From an uncultured bacterium (GTDB taxonomy: Bacteria > Patescibacteriota > Minisyncoccia > Phycocordibacterales > CAIZLB01), in NCBI GenBank assembly GCA_903936565.1, contig CAIZVZ010000012.1, positions 3,778 through 67,777 on the forward strand: a DNA stretch of 64,000 nucleotides, written 5' to 3'. A model generated the notes under the pieces. It saw only the letters and a program-made list of their open reading frames with translations. It had not been told where the DNA came from and made no database searches. This document shows positions 1-10,034 of the stretch, in pieces (position 1 is the first letter of the stretch; the number at the start of each line of letters is the position of its first letter). The translations under genes were made by a program, and so were the position numbers.

Positions 1-111
1 TATTGCATTTCTATAGATATTGGATTATCATATTGACAATGTTCGTAAAGCATTGGATGTAAGTCCAACCTGTTTAACCGCGGCATTAGAGCTGCAAGCG
101 GGCAATAGTAG

Positions 112-135
112 AAGCACTCCTAACGGGGTGTTTTT
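112..135 (+). terminator. Probable intrinsic terminator upstream of trmD
   Basis: GCACTCC-TAAC-GGGGTGT stem followed by a T run. Confidence 0.55.
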
Positions 136-206
136 GCTTGGTTGAAAAGTGAGAAATACGAGTCCATGGACTTAAGCCCCCATTTGTGGCATTATTCTAA
201 TAATCT

Positions 207-944
207 ATGCGATATCATTTAATATCATTATTTCCGGAATCAACAACTTCATATCTAAATGAGTCTATTTTGGCGCGTGCACAAGAGAATAAGTTGATAT
301 CATTTCACTATTACAACCCAAGAACTTTTGTTAAGCCTACCAAGGCTCAGAAGGAAAAAAACAAACCATATCTCCAGGTTGATGATAAAGCCTACGGTGG
401 AGGTCCTGGAATGATTATCAAGGCTCTACCTATTGCCAAAGCGATAGAGAAGGCGTTGAAGTTTGCTACCAAGAAGAAAGATTTTACAAAAGAACTCATT
501 GTGTTTCTATCTCCATCTGGGGAGCAATTTACTAATACCTCCGCTACAAAAATGGCAGAGAAATTCTCTGATATTATATTCATATGTGGAAGATATGAAG
601 GGGTGGATGCACGTGTGAAGAAAATGTTTAAAATGAAGGACTATTCAGTTGGTCCATTTGTGACAACAGGCGGGGAGTTGCCAGCGATGATTATGATTGA
701 TTCAATCTCTCGTCAAATTGAAGGGGTTTTGGGAAAGTTTACCAGCAGGGAAGAGTCACGTGATGCATCGAAGGATGTTTATACTAGGCCAGAAACTGTG
801 GAATTTAATGGTAAAAAATACAAAGTCCCCCAAATCCTTTTGAGCGGTGATCACAAAAAAATTGAAGGGTGGAGAAATGATAGAAGGGGAGGAATAAAGG
901 AGGGCTCAAAAGATGTACAAAAAGAAGGAATTAATACAAATTAA
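207..944 (+). CDS. trmD: tRNA (guanine37-N1)-methyltransferase
   Basis: VDDKAYGGGPGM, LSPSGE, ICGRYEGVDARV, GGELPAM, YTRP and VPQILLSGDHKKI motifs. Confidence 0.97.
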   Translation: MRYHLISLFPESTTSYLNESILARAQENKLISFHYYNPRTFVKPTKAQKEKNKPYLQVDDKAYGGGPGMIIKALPIAKAIEKALKFATKKKDFTKELIVFLSPSGEQFTNTSATKMAEKFSDIIFICGRYEGVDARVKKMFKMKDYSVGPFVTTGGELPAMIMIDSISRQIEGVLGKFTSREESRDASKDVYTRPETVEFNGKKYKVPQILLSGDHKKIEGWRNDRRGGIKEGSKDVQKEGINTN

Positions 945-952
945 TTATATCT

Positions 953-1786
953 ATGCTTGGTAAAATACTATCTACTATTGAATTAAAACGAGGAAGTAAA
1001 AATTATCTTTGGAAATGCCTTGTTTGGATAAAAGACAAGATTTGGGTAATTGCTAAGAAAAGTTATACAGAGTCTGTTTTCTTCATCAGTTGGCTATCGG
1101 CTGAGGATTTTAAAAATAGACCTGTAGATAAGTTCTACAAAATATCCTTTTGTATTACTTGTATGAACAGGGCTGGGCACATTAAAAAGACTTTGCTGAA
1201 AAACATTCGTAATAATATTGACTATCCAAGCGTAGAATTTGTCCTTTTGGACTATAACTCTAAGGATGATTTGGAGTCTTGGGTTAAGGATAATTTAAAG
1301 GATTATATAAAATCTGGTGTCCTTAAATATTTTCAGACAAAAGAGCCGAAATATTTTCACATGAGTAAGGCAAAAAATATGTCTCACCGTTTTGCTACTG
1401 GCAATATCGTATGTAACTTGGATGCTGATAATTTTACAGGGAAGAATTTTGCATACTTTATAAATTATGTTTTAAACAAAAAACCAAAATCCGTTGGTTC
1501 ATGCAGGGGACATGCTTACAGTGAAAAATTCTTTGATGACCTTGGAATAAGTGGTCGAATATTTCTATTTAAAAAATATTTTGATTTAATTGGTGGATAC
1601 GATGAGTCTTTTGTTGGATGGGCTGCTGAAGATAGTGATTTTGTCGCTAAAGCCAAGAAGCTTGGTCTACATGAGTATGTGATACCGCTTTGCTATCTAC
1701 GAACCGTTAAGCATAGTCATAAAATTAGATTGGAAAACTATGAACCCGATGTTGTTAAGCGATCTCCATTATTAGGATGGAAATGA
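953..1786 (+). CDS. GT2-family glycosyltransferase with GT7-C-like motif (copy 1)
   Basis: ISFCITCMNR, LLDYNSKD, NLDADN (DxD) and GGYDESFVGWAAEDSDF. Confidence 0.85.
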   Translation: MLGKILSTIELKRGSKNYLWKCLVWIKDKIWVIAKKSYTESVFFISWLSAEDFKNRPVDKFYKISFCITCMNRAGHIKKTLLKNIRNNIDYPSVEFVLLDYNSKDDLESWVKDNLKDYIKSGVLKYFQTKEPKYFHMSKAKNMSHRFATGNIVCNLDADNFTGKNFAYFINYVLNKKPKSVGSCRGHAYSEKFFDDLGISGRIFLFKKYFDLIGGYDESFVGWAAEDSDFVAKAKKLGLHEYVIPLCYLRTVKHSHKIRLENYEPDVVKRSPLLGWK

Positions 1787-1889
1787 GATAAAGTGGCAAG
1801 ATTAAACAAGATAATTCATTGATAGCCAAAAAGTAAACAGTTTAATATAATGGTAATTAGTATCTGTTAAGGATATATAAACAAATTTT

Positions 1890-2717
1890 ATGCTAAGTAG
1901 AATACTGTCAATCATTGAGTCAAAAAGAGTTAGTAAAAATTATATCTTTAAATTTATCGTCTGGACAAAAGATGTGATTTGGAGGGTTACGAAGTGGTTT
2001 TATACAAAGTCAGTTTTCTTCATCAGTTGGATTTCCACACATAATTATAAGAATAAGCCAGTAGATAAGCTTTATAAAATATCTTTTTGTATAACTTGCA
2101 TGAATAGAGCGGAGCATATAAAAAAGACATTATTAAAAAACATTCGTAATAATATTGATTATCCAAATCTGGAGTTTGTCCTTTTGGACTACAATTCTAA
2201 GGACGACTTGGAATCTTGGGTTAAGAGCAATCTGAATGAATATATAAAGTCAGGTGTACTTAAATATTTTCAAACGAGAGAGCCTAAGTATTTTCATGTC
2301 AGTAAGGCCAAGAATATGGTACATAGATTTGCAACGGGCAATATTGTGTGCAACTTAGATGCGGATAACTATACCGGTAAAGATTTTGCGTACTTAATAA
2401 ATTACATCTTAAACAAAAAGCCAAAGTCTGTTGGCTCATGTATGGGGTATACTTATAGTGATAAATTCTTTGATAATTTTGGAATTGGTGGCAGAATATT
2501 CTTGTTTAAGAAATACTTTGACCAAATCGGGGGGTATGATGAGTCCTTCGTGGGGTGGAACTATGAAGATAGTGATTTCGTTACCAAAGCCAAGAAACTT
2601 GGTCTACATGAGTATATTATACCCCTATGTTATTTAAGGACTATAAAACATAGTCACAAGATGAGATTGGAGAACTATGATCCAGAAATTGCTAGAAAGT
2701 CCCCATTGTTGGGGTAG
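1890..2717 (+). CDS. GT2-family glycosyltransferase (copy 2, tandem paralog)
   Basis: Colinear with and highly similar to 953..1786; GGYDESFVGWNYEDSDF. Confidence 0.85.
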   Translation: MLSRILSIIESKRVSKNYIFKFIVWTKDVIWRVTKWFYTKSVFFISWISTHNYKNKPVDKLYKISFCITCMNRAEHIKKTLLKNIRNNIDYPNLEFVLLDYNSKDDLESWVKSNLNEYIKSGVLKYFQTREPKYFHVSKAKNMVHRFATGNIVCNLDADNYTGKDFAYLINYILNKKPKSVGSCMGYTYSDKFFDNFGIGGRIFLFKKYFDQIGGYDESFVGWNYEDSDFVTKAKKLGLHEYIIPLCYLRTIKHSHKMRLENYDPEIARKSPLLG

Positions 2718-2843
2718 GGAGAGGTTACGTGAACATTAAATACTAAACAGCCTTAAAATAAGGCTTTAAAACCAATTTTAGGACTTGTTTATAATTGACA
2801 AAAGCCCCAAACCAATCCAAATGGAGTTGTCAACACCTTAAAA

Positions 2844-2872
2844 TTGACACCTGTGGATAAATCATATACTAT
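2844..2872 (+). promoter_or_regulatory. Sigma70 promoter of rpoBC with a DnaA box in the spacer
   Basis: TTGACA-17 nt-TACTAT; TGTGGATAA (reverse complement of TTATCCACA) at 2852-2860. Confidence 0.7.
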
Positions 2873-2957
2873 AAGGGTCTGCGTAAAGACGATTGAGTTT
2901 TGCTGCTCTTTCGCGGGCTCATTTTTACCAATTCTCGTTTAATTAAATAGACGCTTT

Positions 2958-5900
2958 ATGATACGTCCCAAAAAGTATTTTTCACGTTTTAAGGAGCCGC
3001 TAGCGCCGCTTCCCAATTTAGTAGAGGCACAACTAGAATCGTTTAAATGGTTACTAGACAAGGGTATATCAGAAGTGTTCAGTGAATTTTCATCAATACA
3101 AGACTACTCAGGCAAGAAGTTTGAGTTGGATTTTTTTGATTTTCAATTAGAAAAACCAAAGTTTGATGAATTTTATGCAAAGGACAATAAAGTGAACTTT
3201 GAAGCACCTCTTAAGGTCATGGTTCGCCTAAAAAACAAAATCTTAAACACAACGAAAGAGCAAGAAATCTTCGTTGCTGATTTTCCTTTGATGACTGATC
3301 ACGGAACTTTTATTATAAATGGTATTGAAAGACTTATCGTTCCTCAGCTTGCCCGTTCATATGGAGTATTTTTTACTTCACAAGAATTGAAGGGTAAGAC
3401 ATACTTTGGAGCAAAAATTATCCCTGCACGTGGTGCTTGGATTGAAATTGATACTGATGCAGATCACACTGTATATGTAAGAATGGACAGAAAGCGAAAG
3501 TTCCCTGTAACTTCACTTTTGCGTGTGTTCGGAGCTGAAACTGATACAGATATAAAGGCTTTGTTTAAAGACAATCCATTAGCCCTTCCTTTTATTGAAT
3601 CTACTCTAGCAAAGGATCATGCTAAGACAAAAGATGAGGCTTATATAGAAATTCACAGAAAGATGCGTGATGGTGAGCTTGCAACAGCAGACAACGCTCG
3701 TGAATATGTTGACTCACTACTTAAATCAGCTGAGAGATATGATTTGTCAAAGGTAGGACGTTTCCGTTTCAATCAAAGATTTGGAAAGCCTATGGATGAA
3801 AAGTCTGTGTCTATCATGACACTTAGCTTGGATGACTTGGCTGTTACAATAAATAAAATTATTGAACTTGCTCACAATCCAGCTTCTGTTCAAGACGATG
3901 TTGACCACTTAGGATCACGTCGTGTTAGATACGTTGGAGAAATGCTTCAAGCAAAAATTAGAATTGGTATGACTCAAATCAAGAGAAACATTCAGAACAG
4001 AATGTCTACTATTGATACTGATGCAAATCTTCCAATTCAATTTATTTCACCTCGTCCACTCCAAGCTCGTATAAAGGAATTCTACACTACAAACCAATTG
4101 TCACAATTCATGAGTCAAGAAAATATTCTTGCTGAAATTGAGCACTTGCGTAGAATTTCTGCCCTTGGTCCCGGCGGACTAACAAGAGAGCGTGCTGGAG
4201 TTGAAGTTCGTGACGTTCATGCATCTCACTACGGTAGAATTTGTCCAATTCACACGCCTGAGGGTCAAAACATTGGTCTTGTTCTTCAGCTTGCTATGTA
4301 TGCAAGAATCAATCACTTCGGAATGATTGAGACTCCATATGTAAAGGTTGCAAAAGGAAAGGTTACAAAAGAGGTTGTTTACCTTAACGCACTTGAGGAA
4401 GAAGGATGTAAAATTGCTCACGCCACAACTGACTATGATAAGGATGGCAACATCGCAAAAGATACATTGGAAGTTAGAATCAACGGTGAGCCTGCTGTGG
4501 TTTCAAAAGATGAAGTAGAATATATTGACGTTTCAACAGATCAAGCATTCTCTATTTCAACTTCTATGATTCCGTTCCTGAACCATGACAACGCACAAAG
4601 AGCGCTGATGGCCTCAAACATGCAGAAGCAAGCTACTCCATGTATCGTTCCTGAAGCTCCACTTGTAGCAACTGGTATTGAAGAAAAAGCAGCGGTTGAC
4701 ACAGGACGTGTAATTATCGCACCAGAGGACGGTCTTATTATTGGAGTTGATGCAAAGAAGGTGGTGCTACGTGGAAAGAAGGATCATGAGTTCAAGCTTG
4801 TGAACTTCAGTAGAACAAACCAATTCACAGCATTTCACCAACGTCCTACGGTAAGTATTGGACAAAAGGTTAAGAGAGGTGATGTTCTTGCTGATACTTC
4901 AACTTCTGTTGAAGGACAAATGGCTCTTGGACAAAACTGTCTTGTTGCTTTCATGACATGGTCTGGAGCAAACTTTGAAGACGCTATTATTCTATCAGAG
5001 AGACTAGTTAAGGAATCGAAATTTACGACTGTTCATATTGAAGAGTTTGTTATTAATGTTCGCGATACTAAGCTTGGTCCAGAAGTTACTACTCACGACA
5101 TTCCAAACGTTGGAGAAAATAGACTGAAGAATTTGGACGTTGATGGAATCGTTCGAGTTGGAGCGGAGGTTAGACCAGGAGACATTATTGTTGGAAAAAT
5201 TACTCCAAAGAGTGAGACTCAACTAACACCTGAAGAGAGGCTACTTAGATCAATCTTTGGTGAGAAATCAAGAGATGTTAAAGATACATCAAAGAGACTA
5301 GAAAACGGAAAGCGTGGACGTATTATAAGTGTAAAGATTTTCTCAAGAGAAAGAGGAGATAAACTAGAGTCAGGAATTATTAAAAGAATTCACATCGAAG
5401 TTGCACTTTTGCGTTCAGTTTCTGTTGGAGATAAGTTGGCTGGACGTCACGGTAACAAGGGAGTTATCTCACGTGTTCTTCCGGTTGAAGATATGCCATT
5501 CATGGCAGACGGAACTCCAGTTGATGTGATTCTTACACCGCTCGGTGTTCCATCACGTATGAACCTTGGACAGATTCTTGAACTTCACTTAGGTTTGGCT
5601 GCAAACAAGATGGGTTATCAAGCAATAGTTCCTCCATTTATCGGCGCAACATCTGATGAAATTAAGTCAGAGCTTGTTGCTGCTGGATACAATGAAAACG
5701 GAAAGATGAAATTATTTGATGGTAGAACCGGAGAGAAATTTGCACAGGACATCGCTGTTGGATATATGTATATTTTGAAACTTCACCACATGGTTGAGGA
5801 CAAGATTCACATGCGTTCCATCGGTCCTTACTCTCTAATTACTCAACAACCTCTAGGAGGAAAGGCGCAAGGTGGAGGACAGAGATTTGGAGAAATGGAA

Positions 5901-6167
5901 GTCTGGGCACTAGCGGGATACGGCGCAGCCCACGCTCTTCGAGAAATGCTTACAATCAAATCTGACGATATACAAGGTAGAACTCAAGCCTTTGACTCAA
6001 TCGTTAAGGGACACAAATTGTTGGATCCAAATACCCCAGCATCATTCAACGTGCTTCTTTCAAACCTTAGAGGTCTTGGAGTTGATGTTGAATTGAACAA
6101 AGATTCAACCGATCTTGAAAATGAAGTGGTCGCATATGAGCAAGCGGTAGCCGAGGAAAACAATTAA
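2958..6167 (+). CDS. rpoB: RNA polymerase beta subunit
   Basis: RRISALGPGGL, GDKLAGRHGNKG, PSRMNLGQ and GGQRFGEMEVW. Confidence 0.99.
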   Translation: MIRPKKYFSRFKEPLAPLPNLVEAQLESFKWLLDKGISEVFSEFSSIQDYSGKKFELDFFDFQLEKPKFDEFYAKDNKVNFEAPLKVMVRLKNKILNTTKEQEIFVADFPLMTDHGTFIINGIERLIVPQLARSYGVFFTSQELKGKTYFGAKIIPARGAWIEIDTDADHTVYVRMDRKRKFPVTSLLRVFGAETDTDIKALFKDNPLALPFIESTLAKDHAKTKDEAYIEIHRKMRDGELATADNAREYVDSLLKSAERYDLSKVGRFRFNQRFGKPMDEKSVSIMTLSLDDLAVTINKIIELAHNPASVQDDVDHLGSRRVRYVGEMLQAKIRIGMTQIKRNIQNRMSTIDTDANLPIQFISPRPLQARIKEFYTTNQLSQFMSQENILAEIEHLRRISALGPGGLTRERAGVEVRDVHASHYGRICPIHTPEGQNIGLVLQLAMYARINHFGMIETPYVKVAKGKVTKEVVYLNALEEEGCKIAHATTDYDKDGNIAKDTLEVRINGEPAVVSKDEVEYIDVSTDQAFSISTSMIPFLNHDNAQRALMASNMQKQATPCIVPEAPLVATGIEEKAAVDTGRVIIAPEDGLIIGVDAKKVVLRGKKDHEFKLVNFSRTNQFTAFHQRPTVSIGQKVKRGDVLADTSTSVEGQMALGQNCLVAFMTWSGANFEDAIILSERLVKESKFTTVHIEEFVINVRDTKLGPEVTTHDIPNVGENRLKNLDVDGIVRVGAEVRPGDIIVGKITPKSETQLTPEERLLRSIFGEKSRDVKDTSKRLENGKRGRIISVKIFSRERGDKLESGIIKRIHIEVALLRSVSVGDKLAGRHGNKGVISRVLPVEDMPFMADGTPVDVILTPLGVPSRMNLGQILELHLGLAANKMGYQAIVPPFIGATSDEIKSELVAAGYNENGKMKLFDGRTGEKFAQDIAVGYMYILKLHHMVEDKIHMRSIGPYSLITQQPLGGKAQGGGQRFGEMEVWALAGYGAAHALREMLTIKSDDIQGRTQAFDSIVKGHKLLDPNTPASFNVLLSNLRGLGVDVELNKDSTDLENEVVAYEQAVAEENN

Positions 6168-6180
6168 TTCAACCACTAAT

Positions 6181-9100
6181 ATGAATATAAAAAATCCATT
6201 AAACGCAAAGCATAAAGAAAAGGGAATAGATGATTTTGAATCTATCGTTCTTAAAATTGCATCACCTGATAAGGTTAGAGATTGGTCATATGGCGAGGTT
6301 ACAAAGCCGGAGACAATGAACTATAGAACTCAAAGAAGTGAGAAAAATGGTTTGTTCGATGAGAAAATCTTTGGACCTGAAAGAGACTGGGAATGTTATT
6401 GTGGAAAGTACAAGGGAATTAGATACAAGGGAATTGTTTGTGAAAAATGTGGTGTTGAATTAACTCGTTCAATTGTAAGACGTGAGAGAATGGGTCACAT
6501 TGAACTATGTGTTCCCGTTTCTCATATTTGGTACCTAAGAACAATGCCTTCTCGTATAGCTCAGGTTTTGGGAATGAGTCAAGGAGATGTCGAGAAAGTT
6601 GTATACTTTGCTGGATACTTGATTACAAATGTTAATGAAGAGGAAAAGAACAGACTTCTTAAAGAGCTCGATGGTGAGTTTAAGAATAAAGTTAAGACAG
6701 TTACTGATGAAAAAACAAAGGAGGCTCTAACTGAACTATTAATGTCTGCAAAGCGTGACATTGAGAGTATTCAAGTTGGTAGAGTTTTGGATGAAAATCA
6801 ATATCACAAATTCTCACTACGTTTTGGTGTAGCATTTGAAGCTGGAATTGGAGCTGAGGCAGTATTCAATATTTTCAAAAATCTTGATTTGTCAAAACTT
6901 TTGGTTCAATTAGAAGTTGACTATACAAAAGTTTCTGCTGCAGATCGTGAGAAGATGATTAAGAGACTTGCTCTAGTTAAGTCAATGGTTCGCTCAAAGA
7001 TTCGTCCAGAGTGGATGTTTATTACAGCACTTCCTGTTATCCCAGCTGCACTTCGTCCCATGGTTGCCCTTGAAGGAGGCCGTCACGCAACTTCAGATGT
7101 TAACGACCTATACAGACGTGTTATCAACAGAAACAATCGTCTAAAGAAGCTAAAAGAAATTAATGCTCCTGACGTAATTCTCCGAAACGAAAAGCGTATC
7201 TTGCAAGAAGCTGTTGATGCTTTGATTGATAATACAATCAGACATGGTAATGCATCTTTTGCAGGATTAAACGCAGCTCAGAGACGTCCACTTAAATCTC
7301 TTGCGGATAACCTAAAGGGAAAGAGAGGATTGTTCAGACAAAACCTACTTGGAAAGCGTGTTGATTACTCTGGACGTTCTGTTATCGTCGTTGGTCCAAA
7401 TCTTAAGCTAGATCAATGTGGAGTTCCAAAGCACATGGCGCTTGAGTTGTTCAGACCATTCGTTGTTTCTGAACTTATCAAGAAAGAGATGGCGTTCAAC
7501 ATTAGAGGAGCATCAAGACTAATTGATGATGGTATTCCTGAAGTTTGGGCAATTCTTGAAAACGTTATTAAGGAGAAATATGTTCTTCTAAACCGTGCTC
7601 CAACACTTCACCGTCTTTCAATTCAAGCTTTTAGACCTGTACTTATTGAAGGAAATGCCATTCAACTTCACCCACTAGTTTGTTCTCCCTTTAACGCGGA
7701 CTTCGATGGAGACACAATGGCCATCCACGTTCCACTTTCAGAGGAAGCTCAAATGGAGGCTAAAGAAATAATGGCAGCTGATAAGAACATTCTAAAGCCA
7801 GGATCAGGAGATCCAACTGTAACTGCAAAGCTTTTGGATATTGTTCTTGGATCATTCTGGATGTCTAGATTTGTAGAAGGAGAAAAAGGTGAAGGAAATT
7901 ACTATGGAAGTATTGATGACGCTATTCAGGCACTTAGCTTCAACGCACTTTCTTACAGAGCAAAAATTCACATTATTGCACCTGATGAAGATAAGTATGG
8001 AGAAGATCGAGGAAAAATGATTGAGACAAGTATTGGTAGAGTTTTGTTCAACAATGTGTTGCCAGCTAGTCACCCATTCATAAATAAGGAGATTACAAAA
8101 TCAATCTTGAATAATATCATTGACGATATTATTACAGAGCAAGGACTTACAAAGGTTGCACCATTTATCGACGCCCTTAAGGACTTTGGATTCAAATATC
8201 TAACAGAGTCTGGTGTTACTTGGAGTATGGACGATATTAACGTTCCAGAAGGTAAGGCTGAACTTGTAAAAATTGCAGAAGGAAAATCATTGGAAGTTCT
8301 TGAACAATACAATGAAGGTCTTCTATCAAAAGAAGAGAAGCATAGAAAGAACGTTTCTATTTGGCAAGATACAAAATCTCAAATTGAGAAATTAGTTGGA
8401 GAAGGGTTGGATAAAAATGGTCCTGTCTATGATATGGTTATCTCAGGAGCCAGAGGTTCTATGGGTCAACTTAACCAAATGGTTGGTATGGCTGGACTTA
8501 TTGCCAACGCTCAAGGAGAGACATTGGAGCTTCCAATTATCTCATCTTTCAAAGAAGGATTTTCACCTGTTGAATACTTCATCTCATCTCACGGTGCAAG
8601 AAAGGGTATGACTGACACAGCGCTTAACACCGCAAAGTCAGGATATCTAACTAGAAAGCTATTCGTTGTTGCACAAAGTGTGATGATTACAGAAGAGGAT
8701 TGTGGAACAAAAGAAGGGATCGTCGTAAACAAAGTTGGTTCATCGGGAATTAGTCTAACAATGCTAAAGATTGCAACCGGACGTGTTCTTGCAAAGGATA
8801 TTACGAACTCTGAGGGAGAGGTTCTATTCAAGAGAAACCACATGATTACAAAGGAGGATGCAAAACTACTTGATAAGCAAGGTATATCAGAAATATTTGT
8901 TAGATCTCCGCTTTCATGTAAGACACCAGGAGGAATTTGTAGAATGTGTTATGGATCAGACCTAGGACGTGGCGCACTTGTTGAGACAGGAGAAGCTGTT
9001 GGAACAATTGCTGCTCAAGCCGTTGGAGAGCCTGGAACACAGCTAACTATGCGTACTTTCCACTCAGGAGGAGTTGCTATCGTTGGAGGAGACATCACAG

Positions 9101-9885
9101 CTGGACTTCCTCGTGTTGAAGAAATTTTCGAAAAGAGAAATCCAAAGAACGCTGCGGTTGTTGTATCACACGATGGTATGATTACAGACATCAGAGAAGT
9201 TGGAAAGGAGAAAATCTTTAAGCTTCTTCCAGATGTTCCTACAAAGAGTAGGAAAGGAGCTGAGATTGAATTCTCATGTCACTATGCCCGTGTTGCGCTA
9301 GTTAAAATCGGACAACATGTTTCAAAGGGTGACATTATAACTGACGGTCACGCAAGTATCGAAGATCTGTTCGAATACGCAGGTCAAGCTCGTACACAGG
9401 AATATATTATTTCTGAAGTAAAGAAGATTTACGAACTACAGGGAGAAAATGTTTCAAGAAAGCACATCGAAATTATTGTTCGCCAAATGTTCTCACGTAT
9501 AAAGATTAAGGTTGCAGGAGACACTCAATTTGCTGTCGGAGACATAGTTGAGCAATTCGAGTTGGATCAAGAAAACGCTAGAGTAAAAGATCTTGTAAAA
9601 GGGGGAGAGTTTATCGAAGCCAAGGGAGATCCAATTGTACTTGGTATTACAGAAGCCTCACTCACAAGAAGAAGCTTCCTTTCAGCTGCTTCATTCCAAC
9701 ACACAAACAGAATGCTTATTAACGCTTCACTTAAGGCGCAAAAGGATCCATTGTACGGAATTATGGAAAACGTAATTATCGGAAGATTGATTCCAGCTGG
9801 TTCAGGATTCAAGGGAAGTGAGAAGTGGAAAATGATTGAGAAACTACGTGAGATAGTTTTGGAGGAAGAGGGATTCTTGGAATAG
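6181..9885 (+). CDS. rpoC: RNA polymerase beta' subunit
   Basis: N-terminal Zn finger CYCGKY..CEKC, catalytic NADFDGD and [13 protein letters not shown]. Confidence 0.99.
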   Translation: MNIKNPLNAKHKEKGIDDFESIVLKIASPDKVRDWSYGEVTKPETMNYRTQRSEKNGLFDEKIFGPERDWECYCGKYKGIRYKGIVCEKCGVELTRSIVRRERMGHIELCVPVSHIWYLRTMPSRIAQVLGMSQGDVEKVVYFAGYLITNVNEEEKNRLLKELDGEFKNKVKTVTDEKTKEALTELLMSAKRDIESIQVGRVLDENQYHKFSLRFGVAFEAGIGAEAVFNIFKNLDLSKLLVQLEVDYTKVSAADREKMIKRLALVKSMVRSKIRPEWMFITALPVIPAALRPMVALEGGRHATSDVNDLYRRVINRNNRLKKLKEINAPDVILRNEKRILQEAVDALIDNTIRHGNASFAGLNAAQRRPLKSLADNLKGKRGLFRQNLLGKRVDYSGRSVIVVGPNLKLDQCGVPKHMALELFRPFVVSELIKKEMAFNIRGASRLIDDGIPEVWAILENVIKEKYVLLNRAPTLHRLSIQAFRPVLIEGNAIQLHPLVCSPFNADFDGDTMAIHVPLSEEAQMEAKEIMAADKNILKPGSGDPTVTAKLLDIVLGSFWMSRFVEGEKGEGNYYGSIDDAIQALSFNALSYRAKIHIIAPDEDKYGEDRGKMIETSIGRVLFNNVLPASHPFINKEITKSILNNIIDDIITEQGLTKVAPFIDALKDFGFKYLTESGVTWSMDDINVPEGKAELVKIAEGKSLEVLEQYNEGLLSKEEKHRKNVSIWQDTKSQIEKLVGEGLDKNGPVYDMVISGARGSMGQLNQMVGMAGLIANAQGETLELPIISSFKEGFSPVEYFISSHGARKGMTDTALNTAKSGYLTRKLFVVAQSVMITEEDCGTKEGIVVNKVGSSGISLTMLKIATGRVLAKDITNSEGEVLFKRNHMITKEDAKLLDKQGISEIFVRSPLSCKTPGGICRMCYGSDLGRGALVETGEAVGTIAAQAVGEPGTQLTMRTFHSGGVAIVGGDITAGLPRVEEIFEKRNPKNAAVVVSHDGMITDIREVGKEKIFKLLPDVPTKSRKGAEIEFSCHYARVALVKIGQHVSKGDIITDGHASIEDLFEYAGQARTQEYIISEVKKIYELQGENVSRKHIEIIVRQMFSRIKIKVAGDTQFAVGDIVEQFELDQENARVKDLVKGGEFIEAKGDPIVLGITEASLTRRSFLSAASFQHTNRMLINASLKAQKDPLYGIMENVIIGRLIPAGSGFKGSEKWKMIEKLREIVLEEEGFLE

Positions 9886-10034
9886 ACTCCGGTCTGAATT
9901 GATTCAAAGTAAAGTAAATCTGGTGGGTGGGTCCAAGGTAAGGGTACCAGGGCGATCCTCGATCGTAGTGGCGACTACCCGCGCTATAGATGAACGCGGG
10001 TGTATGGGCTAGGTCACATAAAAAATAAAAATAA

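Noticed and set aside
1784-1786. Alternative genetic code (TGA=Gly, code 25)
   Set aside because: TGA ends GT copy 1 next to where its paralog ends with TAG, and long core genes read through without in-frame TGA
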